This document shows, piece after piece, positions 19,907 through 28,853 of a DNA stretch of 56,734 nt. How positions within the stretch are numbered: position 1 is the stretch's first letter; the number at the start of each line of letters is the position of its first letter. The stretch is from Alphaproteobacteria bacterium (GTDB taxonomy: Bacteria; Pseudomonadota; Alphaproteobacteria; UBA828): positions 1 to 56,734 of the forward strand of contig CAXXVO010000016.1 of NCBI GenBank assembly GCA_963422645.2, given 5' to 3'. Both the position numbers and the translations under genes were made by a program. The notes under the pieces are model-generated. The model did no database searches. It was not told where the DNA came from and saw only the letters and a program-made list of their open reading frames with translations.

Positions 19907-21214
19907 ATGGCTGACCCACTGGCCTTCAAGCGCGACACGCTGAGCCTGCACGCTGGCCAGAAGCCGGACCCGACGACCGGCGCGCGCGCGGTGCCGATCT
20001 ACCAAACCACCTCCTACGTCTTCGACGACACCGAGCAGGCCGCCTCGCTCTTCAATCTCGAACGCGCCGGCCACATCTACTCGCGCATCTCGAACCCGAC
20101 GGTCGCGGTGCTGGAAGAGAGGATCGCGGCGCTGGAAGGGGGCGTCGGCGCGGTCTGCACGGCGAGCGGGCAGGCGGCGCTTCATCTCGCGGTGGCGACC
20201 CTGATGGATGCGGGCAGTCACATCGTCTCGTCCGCCTCGATCTACGGCGGCAGCCACAACCTCTTCACCCACACCCTGCCGCGCTTCGGGATTGAAACGA
20301 GCTTTGTCCATCCCCGCGACACCGAGGGGTTCCGCAAGGCGATCCGGGCGGAGACCCGCCTCGTGTTCGGCGAGACCCTGGGCAACCCCGGCCTGGAGAT
20401 CATGGACATGCCGGCGGTCGCCGCCATCGCCCATGAGGCGGGCGTGCCGCTCATGATCGACAGCACCTTCGCCACGCCCTGCCTCTTCCGCCCCTTCGAG
20501 CACGGCTGCGACATCATCATGCACTCGGCGACGAAGTTCTTAGGGGGACACGGGGTTGCCATCGGCGGCGTGATCGTCGACGCCGGCACCTTCGACTGGG
20601 AGGCTTCGGGCAAGTTCCCGACGCTGACCGAGCCCTATCTGGGCTATCACGGCATCGATTTCGCCGAGGAGTTCGGGCCGGCGGCCTTCATCGCGCGCGC
20701 GCGGGCCGAGGGCCTGCGCGATTTTGGGGCGTGCATGAGCCCAACCAACGCCTTCCATATTCTCCAGGGTGTCGAAAGCCTGCCGGTCCGCATGGCGCGC
20801 CATGTCGAGAACGCGCGCAGGATCGTGGCCTTTCTCGATGGGCACGACGCGGTCTCATGGGTGAGCTATCCTGAGCTTCCGTCGCACCCCGACCACGAGC
20901 GCGCGAAGACCCTGCTGCCGGAGGGCTCCGGCGCGATCTTCTGCTTCGGCGTGAAGGGCGGCCGCGAGGCAGGGCGGGCCTTCATCGAGGCGGTGGAGCT
21001 GCTCTCGCACCTCGCCAACGTCGGCGACGCCAAGAGCCTCGTCATCCATCCCGCCAGCACCACCCATCAGCAGATGGACGCCGCGGCACTGGAAGCCGCA
21101 GGTGTCGGCGAGGACATGGTGCGGCTCTCGATCGGGCTGGAAGATCCGGAGGACCTGATCGCCGATCTCGAACGCGGCCTCCGCGCGGCCGCGCGGGCCG
21201 CGAAGGGCCGCTAG
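19907..21214 (+). CDS. metY: O-acetylhomoserine aminocarboxypropyltransferase
   Basis: 'AVPIYQTTSY', 'YSRISNPT', 'HSATKF', 'LANVGDAKSLVIHPASTTH'. Confidence 0.92.
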   Translation: MADPLAFKRDTLSLHAGQKPDPTTGARAVPIYQTTSYVFDDTEQAASLFNLERAGHIYSRISNPTVAVLEERIAALEGGVGAVCTASGQAALHLAVATLMDAGSHIVSSASIYGGSHNLFTHTLPRFGIETSFVHPRDTEGFRKAIRAETRLVFGETLGNPGLEIMDMPAVAAIAHEAGVPLMIDSTFATPCLFRPFEHGCDIIMHSATKFLGGHGVAIGGVIVDAGTFDWEASGKFPTLTEPYLGYHGIDFAEEFGPAAFIARARAEGLRDFGACMSPTNAFHILQGVESLPVRMARHVENARRIVAFLDGHDAVSWVSYPELPSHPDHERAKTLLPEGSGAIFCFGVKGGREAGRAFIEAVELLSHLANVGDAKSLVIHPASTTHQQMDAAALEAAGVGEDMVRLSIGLEDPEDLIADLERGLRAAARAAKGR

Positions 21215-21216
21215 CC

Positions 21217-22011
21217 GTGGATATCGAGGTCGACGGCGCGACAGCCTTCGCCGCTACCGGCGGCCGGGCGTTCGATCCGACTTTGCCGGTGACCCTGTTC
21301 GTGCACGGCGCCGCCTTCGACCACACGGTCTGGAAGCTGCAGGCCCGCTATTTCGCCTGGAAGGGCGGCAGCGTGCTGGCGGTCGACCTGCCCGGTCACG
21401 GCCGCTCGGAGGGGCCGCCGCACCCCACGATCCCGGCGATGGCGGATTGGCTGGTTGCGCTCATGGATGCGGTGGAGGTTGGCGAGGCCAATCTCGTTGG
21501 CCACAGCATGGGCGCCCTGGTCGCGATGGACGCCGCGGCGCGCCACGGCGCACGGGTGCGGAAGCTCGCGCTGCTCGGCGCGGCGCCGGCGATCCCGGTC
21601 AACGACCTGCTGCTGAGCCGATCGGCCGAGGACGATCACCACGCGCTCGAGCTGCTCACCGGTTGGGGCTACGGCCGGCGCGCGCATTACGGCGGCCACA
21701 GGATGCCGGGGCTCTGGATGACCGGTGGTGGGCTGCGCACCCTCGAACGCGCGGCGCCCGGCGTGCTGCATACCGACCTGGTCGCGACCAACGAATACGA
21801 GGGCGGCGGGGCGGCCGCCGCGGCCGTCGCCTGCCCGACGCTGGTGGTCATCGGGGCGCGCGACCTGATGACGCCGGCGAAGCGCGGGCACGCGCTCGCC
21901 GCGATGCTGCCCAATTCGACCACGGTGGTAATTCCGCAAGCCGGCCATATCATGCTCGACGAAGAGCCCGACGCGACCCTCGACGCGCTCAGGGATTTTC
22001 TCGTCGATTGA
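21217..22011 (+). CDS. Alpha/beta hydrolase
   Basis: 'DLPGHG', GHSMG nucleophile elbow, C-terminal 'AGH'. Confidence 0.9.
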   Translation: MDIEVDGATAFAATGGRAFDPTLPVTLFVHGAAFDHTVWKLQARYFAWKGGSVLAVDLPGHGRSEGPPHPTIPAMADWLVALMDAVEVGEANLVGHSMGALVAMDAAARHGARVRKLALLGAAPAIPVNDLLLSRSAEDDHHALELLTGWGYGRRAHYGGHRMPGLWMTGGGLRTLERAAPGVLHTDLVATNEYEGGGAAAAAVACPTLVVIGARDLMTPAKRGHALAAMLPNSTTVVIPQAGHIMLDEEPDATLDALRDFLVD

Positions 22012-22040
22012 TTCTGGCTGCCCTCGCCGCGGCGAGATGG

Positions 22041-22730
22041 CTACGCCATCAGACGGTAACCGCCACCCTCGGTGATCAGCAGGCGGGGGTCGGAGGGCTC
22101 GGCCTCGATTTTCTGCCGCAGCCGGTAGATGTGGGTCTCCAGCGTATGGGTCGCGACGTTGGCGTTGTAGCCCCACACTTCGCTCAGCAGCACGTCACGG
22201 GCGATCACCCGGTCGCGCGCGCGATAGAGATACTTGAGGATCGCGGCCTCCTTCTCCGTCAGGCGAATCTTGCCTTTGCCATCGGGCCGGAGCAGGAGCT
22301 TCGACGCGGGCTTGAAGGTGAACTCGCCGATGGTGAAGGTCGCGTCCTCGCTGTGCTCGTGCTGGCGCAGCTGGGCGCGGATGCGCGCGAGCAGGGCGCC
22401 GAGGCGGAAGGGCTTGGTGACGTAGTCGTTGGCGCCGGAATCGAGGCCGAGGATGGTGTCCGCCTCGCTGTCGGCAGCGGTCAGCATGATGATCGGCACC
22501 GCGATGCCGCTCCGGCGCATGAGCTTGCAGAGCTCGCGCCCGTCCATGTCGGGCAGGCCGAGATCCAGCAGGATGAGGTCGAAGCGGCCGGTCTTGATGG
22601 CATCGAGGGCCGCGCGCCCGGTCCCGGCCTCGCTTGTCGCGAACTCCTCGTACATGTGCAGCTGCTCGGCAAGCGACTGGCGCAGCGCCTGGTCGTCGTC
22701 GACGATCAGAATGTTCTTCTGCGCGCTCAC
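22041..22730 (-). CDS. OmpR-family response regulator (no kinase nearby)
   Basis: 'ILIVDDD', 'LLDLGLPD', 'DYVTKPF', 'LETHIYRLRQK'. Confidence 0.92.
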   Translation of the reverse strand: MSAQKNILIVDDDQALRQSLAEQLHMYEEFATSEAGTGRAALDAIKTGRFDLILLDLGLPDMDGRELCKLMRRSGIAVPIIMLTAADSEADTILGLDSGANDYVTKPFRLGALLARIRAQLRQHEHSEDATFTIGEFTFKPASKLLLRPDGKGKIRLTEKEAAILKYLYRARDRVIARDVLLSEVWGYNANVATHTLETHIYRLRQKIEAEPSDPRLLITEGGGYRLMA

Positions 22731-22964
22731 GATGACCCCGCCTCGGCGGCGGGGACGATGCTGGCGGGGTCTACCGAATGAGAAAGATGACCCATTTTCT
22801 AACCGCACATTTTCGGAGGATCGACTCTCCCGTCTCCACATCGATACCCGCTTTGGCGCGCGGGCGCCTGAGGGCATCGATAGAAATATGTGAGATCGTC
22901 GTGCCCGGTGCAACCTTCCGTGTCGCGGCGTCTACCGCGGAGAGAATTGGAGAGGGCAGCGGCT

Positions 22965-23651
22965 CTACCGGGTTTCGAAGGCGGCGAGGGCTTCGTCCGC
23001 TGTCATCACGTCGCCGAATTGCTGGATGATGGTCTCCAGCGTGTTGCGGTGCTCCTCGTCGGAAAGCGCGGCGCAGCAGTCGGCGAGCATGACGGTCTTG
23101 AAGTCCAGCATCATGGCGTCGCGCGCGGTCGATTCGCAGCAGACGTCGGTCTTGGTGCCGCCGATGAGCAGCGTGTCGATGCTGCGACCGCGCACCATCG
23201 TCTCCAGCGACGAGGAGCCCGCGATCAGCGCGCTGTAGCGGTTCTTGAAGAGGATCGTGTCGTCGTCCGCGACCTCCAGCTCCGGCCAGAGCTGCTGCCC
23301 CTCGGCACCGGGGGCGAGGCCGGCGATGGTGCGCTCGCGTGCGTCGTCGGAGACGAAATGCTCGAAGAAGCCCGGCCAATCGGATGCCCCATAGCGGCTC
23401 GTATTGGCATGGGCGACCCAGTAGATGGGGACGCCGAGTGCTCGGAGCCGCGCGTTGAGCCCGTTGATCTGCGGCACGATGGCGCGCGCCATCGGCACCT
23501 CCACCGGCGCCCCCGGCGCGAGGAAGGTGACCTGCATGTCGATATAGACCGCCGCGGTGCGCGTGGGATCGAGTCGCTCGAAGAGACGCACACGCCCGCG
23601 ACGCTTCACGACCCGCTCGACAATCTCCGGCCGGATGGCGATGTCGTGCAT
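22965..23651 (-). CDS. Isochorismatase-family cysteine hydrolase
   Basis: 'IDMQ', 'KNRYSA', 'TDVCCESTARDA'. Confidence 0.9.
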   Translation of the reverse strand: MHDIAIRPEIVERVVKRRGRVRLFERLDPTRTAAVYIDMQVTFLAPGAPVEVPMARAIVPQINGLNARLRALGVPIYWVAHANTSRYGASDWPGFFEHFVSDDARERTIAGLAPGAEGQQLWPELEVADDDTILFKNRYSALIAGSSSLETMVRGRSIDTLLIGGTKTDVCCESTARDAMMLDFKTVMLADCCAALSDEEHRNTLETIIQQFGDVMTADEALAAFETR

Positions 23652-23662
23652 GGTTGCGACCT

Positions 23663-23941
23663 TCAGACCCGCACGATGTCGGTGAGGAAGGGATCGCCAG
23701 CGAGCGCCGATTCGGTGTCGAGCAGGGCACCGCAGCCGGGGCAGAAGAAGCGGCGCAACAGGACCCGCTCGGCATTGCTGTAGGGCTTGCCGCCGGCGCC
23801 CTGCATCGGCTGCTCGTCGAGCCGGGCGGCCTGCTTCCAGGGGTCCCCGGCCGGGCCAAGGGCGTGGCCGCAGGCCATGCAGGCGATGGCGCGGTCGTCG
23901 TTCACCACGAGCGTGGCGGAGATGCGGGTGGCGTTATTCAT
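23663..23941 (-). CDS. Acetone carboxylase gamma-subunit-like zinc protein
   Basis: 'CMACG' and 'FFCPGCG..LDTE'; downstream of hydantoinase A/B. Confidence 0.75.
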   Translation of the reverse strand: MNNATRISATLVVNDDRAIACMACGHALGPAGDPWKQAARLDEQPMQGAGGKPYSNAERVLLRRFFCPGCGALLDTESALAGDPFLTDIVRV

Positions 23942-23986
23942 GTTCCTTCAGTTTCTTGTTCCCTCAATTTCATGTTCCCTCAGTCG
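23939..23986. repeat. Three imperfect 16-bp tandem repeats
   Basis: CATGTTCCTTCAGTTT / CTTGTTCCCTCAATTT / CATGTTCCCTCAGTCG. Confidence 0.7.
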
Positions 23987-24066
23987 CCGGGCGCTCGCTC
24001 CGCTCACTTGGCTTTCGCGCCTTCGGCGCGCGGCGCGGTCGCGCCGTCCAGGCCTGGCGGCCCGGC
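23974..24066. repeat. Dispersed ~90-bp multi-hairpin repeat, copy A
   Basis: Near-identical to 28737-28826; outer GCCGGG/CCCGGC stem with internal hairpins. Confidence 0.8.
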
Positions 24067-24095
24067 GCCAATTCCCTCGATCGCCAAGGGCCTGC

Positions 24096-25931
24096 TCATT
24101 CCGCCGCCGCCGCTACAGGTGCCGCGAGCCGGGCGGCGCGCAGGGCTTCGCGGCGGGCCCGCGTCGCCTCTTCGTCCACCGCACCCGCCGCCGTCACCAC
24201 GCCGTAGACCGAGGCGGCCACTTCCGCCGAGACCGTGCCGGCCTCGATATCTGTCTGAACCCGCGCGGGCTCGCGCTCCAACGGATCGCCGAAGCCGCCG
24301 CCGCCGTCGGAGCGGACGTAGAGCGCGTCCTCGCCCTTGAGCGGAAAGACACCCCACGAGATCGTCTCGGCCTCGCCGGTCATTTCGTCCAGCGACGTGG
24401 GGAAGGGGTTGACGTTGCGCCCGGCTTGGCCGGCCTCGTTGTTGTGGACCCAGCGGTAGGCACAGGGCGCGCCGGCGTAGCCGCCGCCCAGCCCTTCGCT
24501 CATGGAGAACTCGGTGCCCTTGCCGGAGACCACGTAGTTGATGCCGCCCTCGGGCGAATCGTGCTGCACCAGGGCGAACTCGATGGAATTGCCGCCGCGC
24601 CAGCGCCCCGGCCCGCCGGTATCCGGCCGCGCCCGGCGGAAGAGGTAGCGCACCGGGAAGGTCGCTTCCGTGGTCTCGACATTGGCCATGCGGCCGATGG
24701 GGTTGGGAATCTCGCCGCCGACATCGATGCCGTCGGCCCAGGTGCGCGCCCCGCCGGCGCCGCCGAAGGTCTCGGTCAGGATGCCGATGGCCTCCTGCCG
24801 GCGCTGGTTGAGGCCGAACATGAAGATGGCGAAGTGGCTGCCGTGCCAGACCGCCGTCGCCTCCCTGGCGTATTTTTCGCTCGCCGACAGCATCTTGGCG
24901 ATACATGTGCAGGCGGCGTTGTTGACCGACTGGATGGCGCCGACGGTTGCGAGCGAGACCGGCGCCGGCCGCGTGCAGTTCACGACCGAACCTTCCGGCG
25001 CGATCATCTTGATCGGCCGGAGCACGCCGTCGTTCCAGGTGATGTCGTAGCAGAGCAGCGGGAAGAGGGGGGCGAAGAAGCCGCCCCACGAGGCCCAGTA
25101 GGTACAGTTGATGCCGTACTGCGACTGCGGGCTGGAGCCGGTGAAATCGAAGGTGAGCGCGTCGCCCTCCTTGGTCATGGCGAGCAGCACCCGGCAGGTC
25201 TCGCCCTCGATGTCGAAATACTGTCGCGCCTCCCAGCGGCCGTCCGGCAGTTCCCGCAGGCGCTTGCGGAACAGAGTCTCCGACTGGTCGACCAGCGCCG
25301 CGCAGGCCTCGTCCACCGGCGCCGCGCCGTATTTGTCGATCAGCGCGACCATGCGCTCCCGCGCCACGTTGTTGGCCGCGATCATGGAGGAGAGGTCTAG
25401 CGCCACCATCTGGGGCGCGCGCACCATGTTGAGCAGCGTATCCATGACGTCGCGGCGCATCTCGCCGCCCTCGACCAGCTTGATGCCGGGGGAGCTGAAG
25501 CCCTCGGTGAAGATGTCGCGCGAATCCGGGCTGAAGCCGCCGGGCACCATGGCGCCGATGTCGTAGACGTGAACGAAGCAGGCGCTCCACGCGACCAGCC
25601 TGCCCTCGTGGTGGATCGGCGCCACGAGGTAGATGTCCGAGGTGTGGAGCGCTGCGGTGTAGGGGCAGTTGGTGAGGAACACGTCGCCTACGCCGATATC
25701 GCCCTCGAAGCGGCGGATGACCGCCTTGCAGGCCTCGGCGGCGCTGGTCAGGTGGTGGAGGAAGCCGACGCCCCCCATGAGCAGCGAGCCGTCCGCGCGG
25801 TAGAGGGAGACCATGAGGTCGTGGCCCTCGTTGGTGATCGCGCTGCCCGAGACGTGCTTGAGCGTAATCACCGCCTCGTCGATGACGCGGAAGAGACGAT
25901 GGCGGATGATGGAGAAGGTGATCGGGTCCAT
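24096..25931 (-). CDS. Hydantoinase B/oxoprolinase family
   Basis: 'MDPITFSII', 'GDVFLTNCPY...HTSD', 'DTGGPGRWRGG', 'GGGGFGDPLER'. Confidence 0.92.
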   Translation of the reverse strand: MDPITFSIIRHRLFRVIDEAVITLKHVSGSAITNEGHDLMVSLYRADGSLLMGGVGFLHHLTSAAEACKAVIRRFEGDIGVGDVFLTNCPYTAALHTSDIYLVAPIHHEGRLVAWSACFVHVYDIGAMVPGGFSPDSRDIFTEGFSSPGIKLVEGGEMRRDVMDTLLNMVRAPQMVALDLSSMIAANNVARERMVALIDKYGAAPVDEACAALVDQSETLFRKRLRELPDGRWEARQYFDIEGETCRVLLAMTKEGDALTFDFTGSSPQSQYGINCTYWASWGGFFAPLFPLLCYDITWNDGVLRPIKMIAPEGSVVNCTRPAPVSLATVGAIQSVNNAACTCIAKMLSASEKYAREATAVWHGSHFAIFMFGLNQRRQEAIGILTETFGGAGGARTWADGIDVGGEIPNPIGRMANVETTEATFPVRYLFRRARPDTGGPGRWRGGNSIEFALVQHDSPEGGINYVVSGKGTEFSMSEGLGGGYAGAPCAYRWVHNNEAGQAGRNVNPFPTSLDEMTGEAETISWGVFPLKGEDALYVRSDGGGGFGDPLEREPARVQTDIEAGTVSAEVAASVYGVVTAAGAVDEEATRARREALRAARLAAPVAAAAE

Positions 25932-25939
25932 GGCGGGCC

Positions 25940-28060
25940 TCAGCCGAGCTCGATGGAGATGTTGCGGTAGGCGTCCACCCGGCCGGACTGACCGGCCTGG
26001 ACGACGATGGTCGTGATCGGGGTGTGAACCACGGCAGGGCCGGCGATGACGTTGCCGGGCGCGAGCCGCTCGAAGTCGTAAATATCAGCGGGCGCGAAGC
26101 CGCCCTCCGCCTCCACGAAGATGTCGCGCTTGCCGATCCGCGCCGCGCCGGGATCGGCGCCGTCCAGCGCCGCCCGCTCGATGCGGGGTCGCTCCACCAT
26201 GCCGCGGGCGGTGAGGCGGAACATCGTCATCTCCATGCCGGCGGCGCGGTAGGCGGAGCCCTTGCCGAACTTGCGCTCGTAGAGCGCTTCGAAGTCCGCG
26301 GAGAGGCGCCCGACGGCATCGTCGTCCATCGGACCGCCACCTGCGACCGGCGTCGTCACCTCGTGCACCTGGCGTCCGTAGCGCAGGTCGATCGACCAGT
26401 CGAGGGCGATCGCAGCGTCGGCGAAGCCTTCGGCGGCAAGCTGCGTGCGGGCGCGGGCCATCATCGGTGTGTAGATCTCGTTGATTTCCGCAGCCGGGCT
26501 CGGCATGGGGAGCGTCTTGGTGACGGTGTACTCGTGGACGATGTCGGCCGAGAGCAGCCCGAAGGCGGCGTTCACCGAGGCGGTATAGGGCACGACGATG
26601 CGCCTGACGCCGAGCTCCGCGCCGAACACGCCGCAGAGCAGGCCGCAGGAGCCGCCGAAGGCGTGCAGCACGAAGTCCCTGGGGTCGAGGCCGCGTTCGA
26701 CGGTGATTTCGTGAATCAGGTCGGTGATCTGCGCTGCGGCAATGCGGTAGATGCCGATGGCGGCCTCTTCCACGCTCATGCCGAGCGGCTGCGCGATCTT
26801 CTCCGCGAAGACCCGCCGGGCGGCCTCGGCATCGAGGGAGATGGTGCCGCCGAGGAAGGTACCGGGGTCCATGTAGCCCACCAGCAGCATGACATCGGTG
26901 AGCGTAGGCTGGTCCCCACCGAGGCCGTAGCAGACCGGTCCGGGCCGTGCGCCGGCGCTCGCCGGTCCCACGCCCGGGACGCCCGTGGCCGGGTCCAGCG
27001 CGACGATGCTGCCGCCGCCGGCACCGATGGAGACCACCTCGATCTTCGGCGCCACGTAGTGATAGCGGTCGACCATGGGCTCGCGGGCGTAGTCGATGGC
27101 GCCGCCCTGGATCACGCCCACCTTGAAGGTCGTGCCCCCCATGTCGCAGGCGATGATGTCCTCGTCCTCCATGAGCCGGCCGAGATGGCGGCTGCCGATA
27201 ACGCCAGCGGCGGGGCCGCACTCGAGCATGCCCACGGCCCGTTCGGCCGCCTCCTCCGCCGGCAGCAGGCCGCCGTAGCCCTGCATCACCAGCAGGGGCC
27301 CGCCATAGCCACGCCCCTGCAGCAGGGCCTGCAGGCTGGTGATGTAGTCGCTGGCGATGCCTCCGGCATAGGCGTTGATGACGGTCGTGGACGCGCGCTC
27401 GTATTCGCCCGGCACCGGCGCGATTTCGCTCGATAGAGTGACGTAGGCGCCGGGGGCGATCTCGCGGATCAACTCGCCCACCCGTTGCTCGTGGGTGGCG
27501 TTGTAGAAGGACCAGAGGAAGGAGACCGCGAGCGCCTCGACCTCTTCGTCCTCGACCAGCGAGCGAATCGCCCGGCGCACCGCGTCTTCGTCCAGCGCGC
27601 GCAGCACGGCGCCCTTGTAGTCCACCCGCTCCGGCACGCCCCTGGTCCGCGACCCCGGCACCAGCGGCGGGGCTCGGTCGGTCGCCACTGGGTGCTTGAT
27701 GCCGTCCTCGGTGAGGCCGGCCCAGCGGCCGTAGGCGCCGCGGGTGATGATCAGCGTGTCCTCGAATCCTTCGGTGGTGATCAGGCCGGTCCGCGCGCCG
27801 GAGCGGGTGAGCAGCGTGTTGTCCACCACCGTCGAGCCGTGCATGAAGAGCGACGTTCGCGCCAGCAGCTCGTCCGTGGCGAGGCCGATGTCCTCCGCCG
27901 CGGCACCTACGGCGGCGAGCACGCCATCCGCGAAATCGGGCGGGGTGGAGAGCGCCTTGCCGAGGCGCACCGGCTCGCCGGCGGCGAAGAGCACCGCGTC
28001 CGTACAGGTGCCGCCGACATCGGTCGCGACCACGTAGCGCGCGCCGCCTGACTGGTTCAT
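25940..28060 (-). CDS. Hydantoinase A/oxoprolinase family (ATP-binding)
   Basis: 'DVGGTCTD', 'DMGGTT', 'GAGGGSI', 'GPVCYG'. Confidence 0.92.
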   Translation of the reverse strand: MNQSGGARYVVATDVGGTCTDAVLFAAGEPVRLGKALSTPPDFADGVLAAVGAAAEDIGLATDELLARTSLFMHGSTVVDNTLLTRSGARTGLITTEGFEDTLIITRGAYGRWAGLTEDGIKHPVATDRAPPLVPGSRTRGVPERVDYKGAVLRALDEDAVRRAIRSLVEDEEVEALAVSFLWSFYNATHEQRVGELIREIAPGAYVTLSSEIAPVPGEYERASTTVINAYAGGIASDYITSLQALLQGRGYGGPLLVMQGYGGLLPAEEAAERAVGMLECGPAAGVIGSRHLGRLMEDEDIIACDMGGTTFKVGVIQGGAIDYAREPMVDRYHYVAPKIEVVSIGAGGGSIVALDPATGVPGVGPASAGARPGPVCYGLGGDQPTLTDVMLLVGYMDPGTFLGGTISLDAEAARRVFAEKIAQPLGMSVEEAAIGIYRIAAAQITDLIHEITVERGLDPRDFVLHAFGGSCGLLCGVFGAELGVRRIVVPYTASVNAAFGLLSADIVHEYTVTKTLPMPSPAAEINEIYTPMMARARTQLAAEGFADAAIALDWSIDLRYGRQVHEVTTPVAGGGPMDDDAVGRLSADFEALYERKFGKGSAYRAAGMEMTMFRLTARGMVERPRIERAALDGADPGAARIGKRDIFVEAEGGFAPADIYDFERLAPGNVIAGPAVVHTPITTIVVQAGQSGRVDAYRNISIELG

Positions 28061-28233
28061 CCCGTGCCCATCCTATGCCGGCCGCCATCTTGCGCGGCAA
28101 GCGGGCGAACGCAAGCCGGTGTCGGCGCGATCAGGAAGTCTCAGTCGGCAATTGGCGATGGCGGCGGGCGGCGGGGGAGGGTAGCATTCAAACAGGGAAA
28201 TAAGCCCGTAGGGCACGAGCAAGGGGGGAGGCG

Positions 28234-28719
28234 ATGAGAAAGCGGACATGGATCGCAGGCGCAGTGGCGGCGGCGCTGGCGCTGGCGGTATTCACCGGAT
28301 CGGGCGTGGCGAGCGCTCAACAGGATCACTCGGGCGCGGTCAAGGCGCGCATCGCCTACATGCAGCTCAACGGCTTCTTCATGGGTCAGCTCGCCGGGAT
28401 CGCGAAGGGGCAGGTTCCCTACGACGCGGCGCAGGCGACCGGGGTCGCCAAGAGCCTGCTCGCGCTCTCGAGCATGGACGCGGGCGCGATGTGGCCGCCC
28501 GGGTCCGACAACCAGGCCCTTCCCGGCAAGACCCGAACCAAGCCCGAGCTCTGGACCACCTTCCCGGCGGTGATGGAGAAGGCCAACGCGCTCTCCACGG
28601 CGCTGGAGGCGATGGTCGTGGCGGCCGGAACCGATCTCGCCAGCCTTCAGGGTGCGTTCGGCGCGGTCGGTGCAGGCTGCGGCGGCTGTCACCGGAGCTT
28701 CCGCGCCGAGAACTTCTGA
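28234..28719 (+). CDS. Cytochrome c' / c556 (class II)
   Basis: Signal peptide; C-terminal CGGCH heme motif. Confidence 0.9.
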   Translation: MRKRTWIAGAVAAALALAVFTGSGVASAQQDHSGAVKARIAYMQLNGFFMGQLAGIAKGQVPYDAAQATGVAKSLLALSSMDAGAMWPPGSDNQALPGKTRTKPELWTTFPAVMEKANALSTALEAMVVAAGTDLASLQGAFGAVGAGCGGCHRSFRAENF

Positions 28720-28736
28720 CGGGGAAGTCTTAATCA

Positions 28737-28826
28737 GTTCCCTCAGTCGCCGGGCGCTCGCTCCGCGAGCTTGGCTACGCGCTATGCGCGCGGCGCGGTC
28801 GCGCCGTCCGGGCCTGACGGCCCGGC
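28737..28826. repeat. Dispersed ~90-bp multi-hairpin repeat, copy B
   Basis: Near-identical to 23974-24066. Confidence 0.8.
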
Positions 28827-28853
28827 TCTCTAGCGTCTGAAGTTTTGCCTTAG

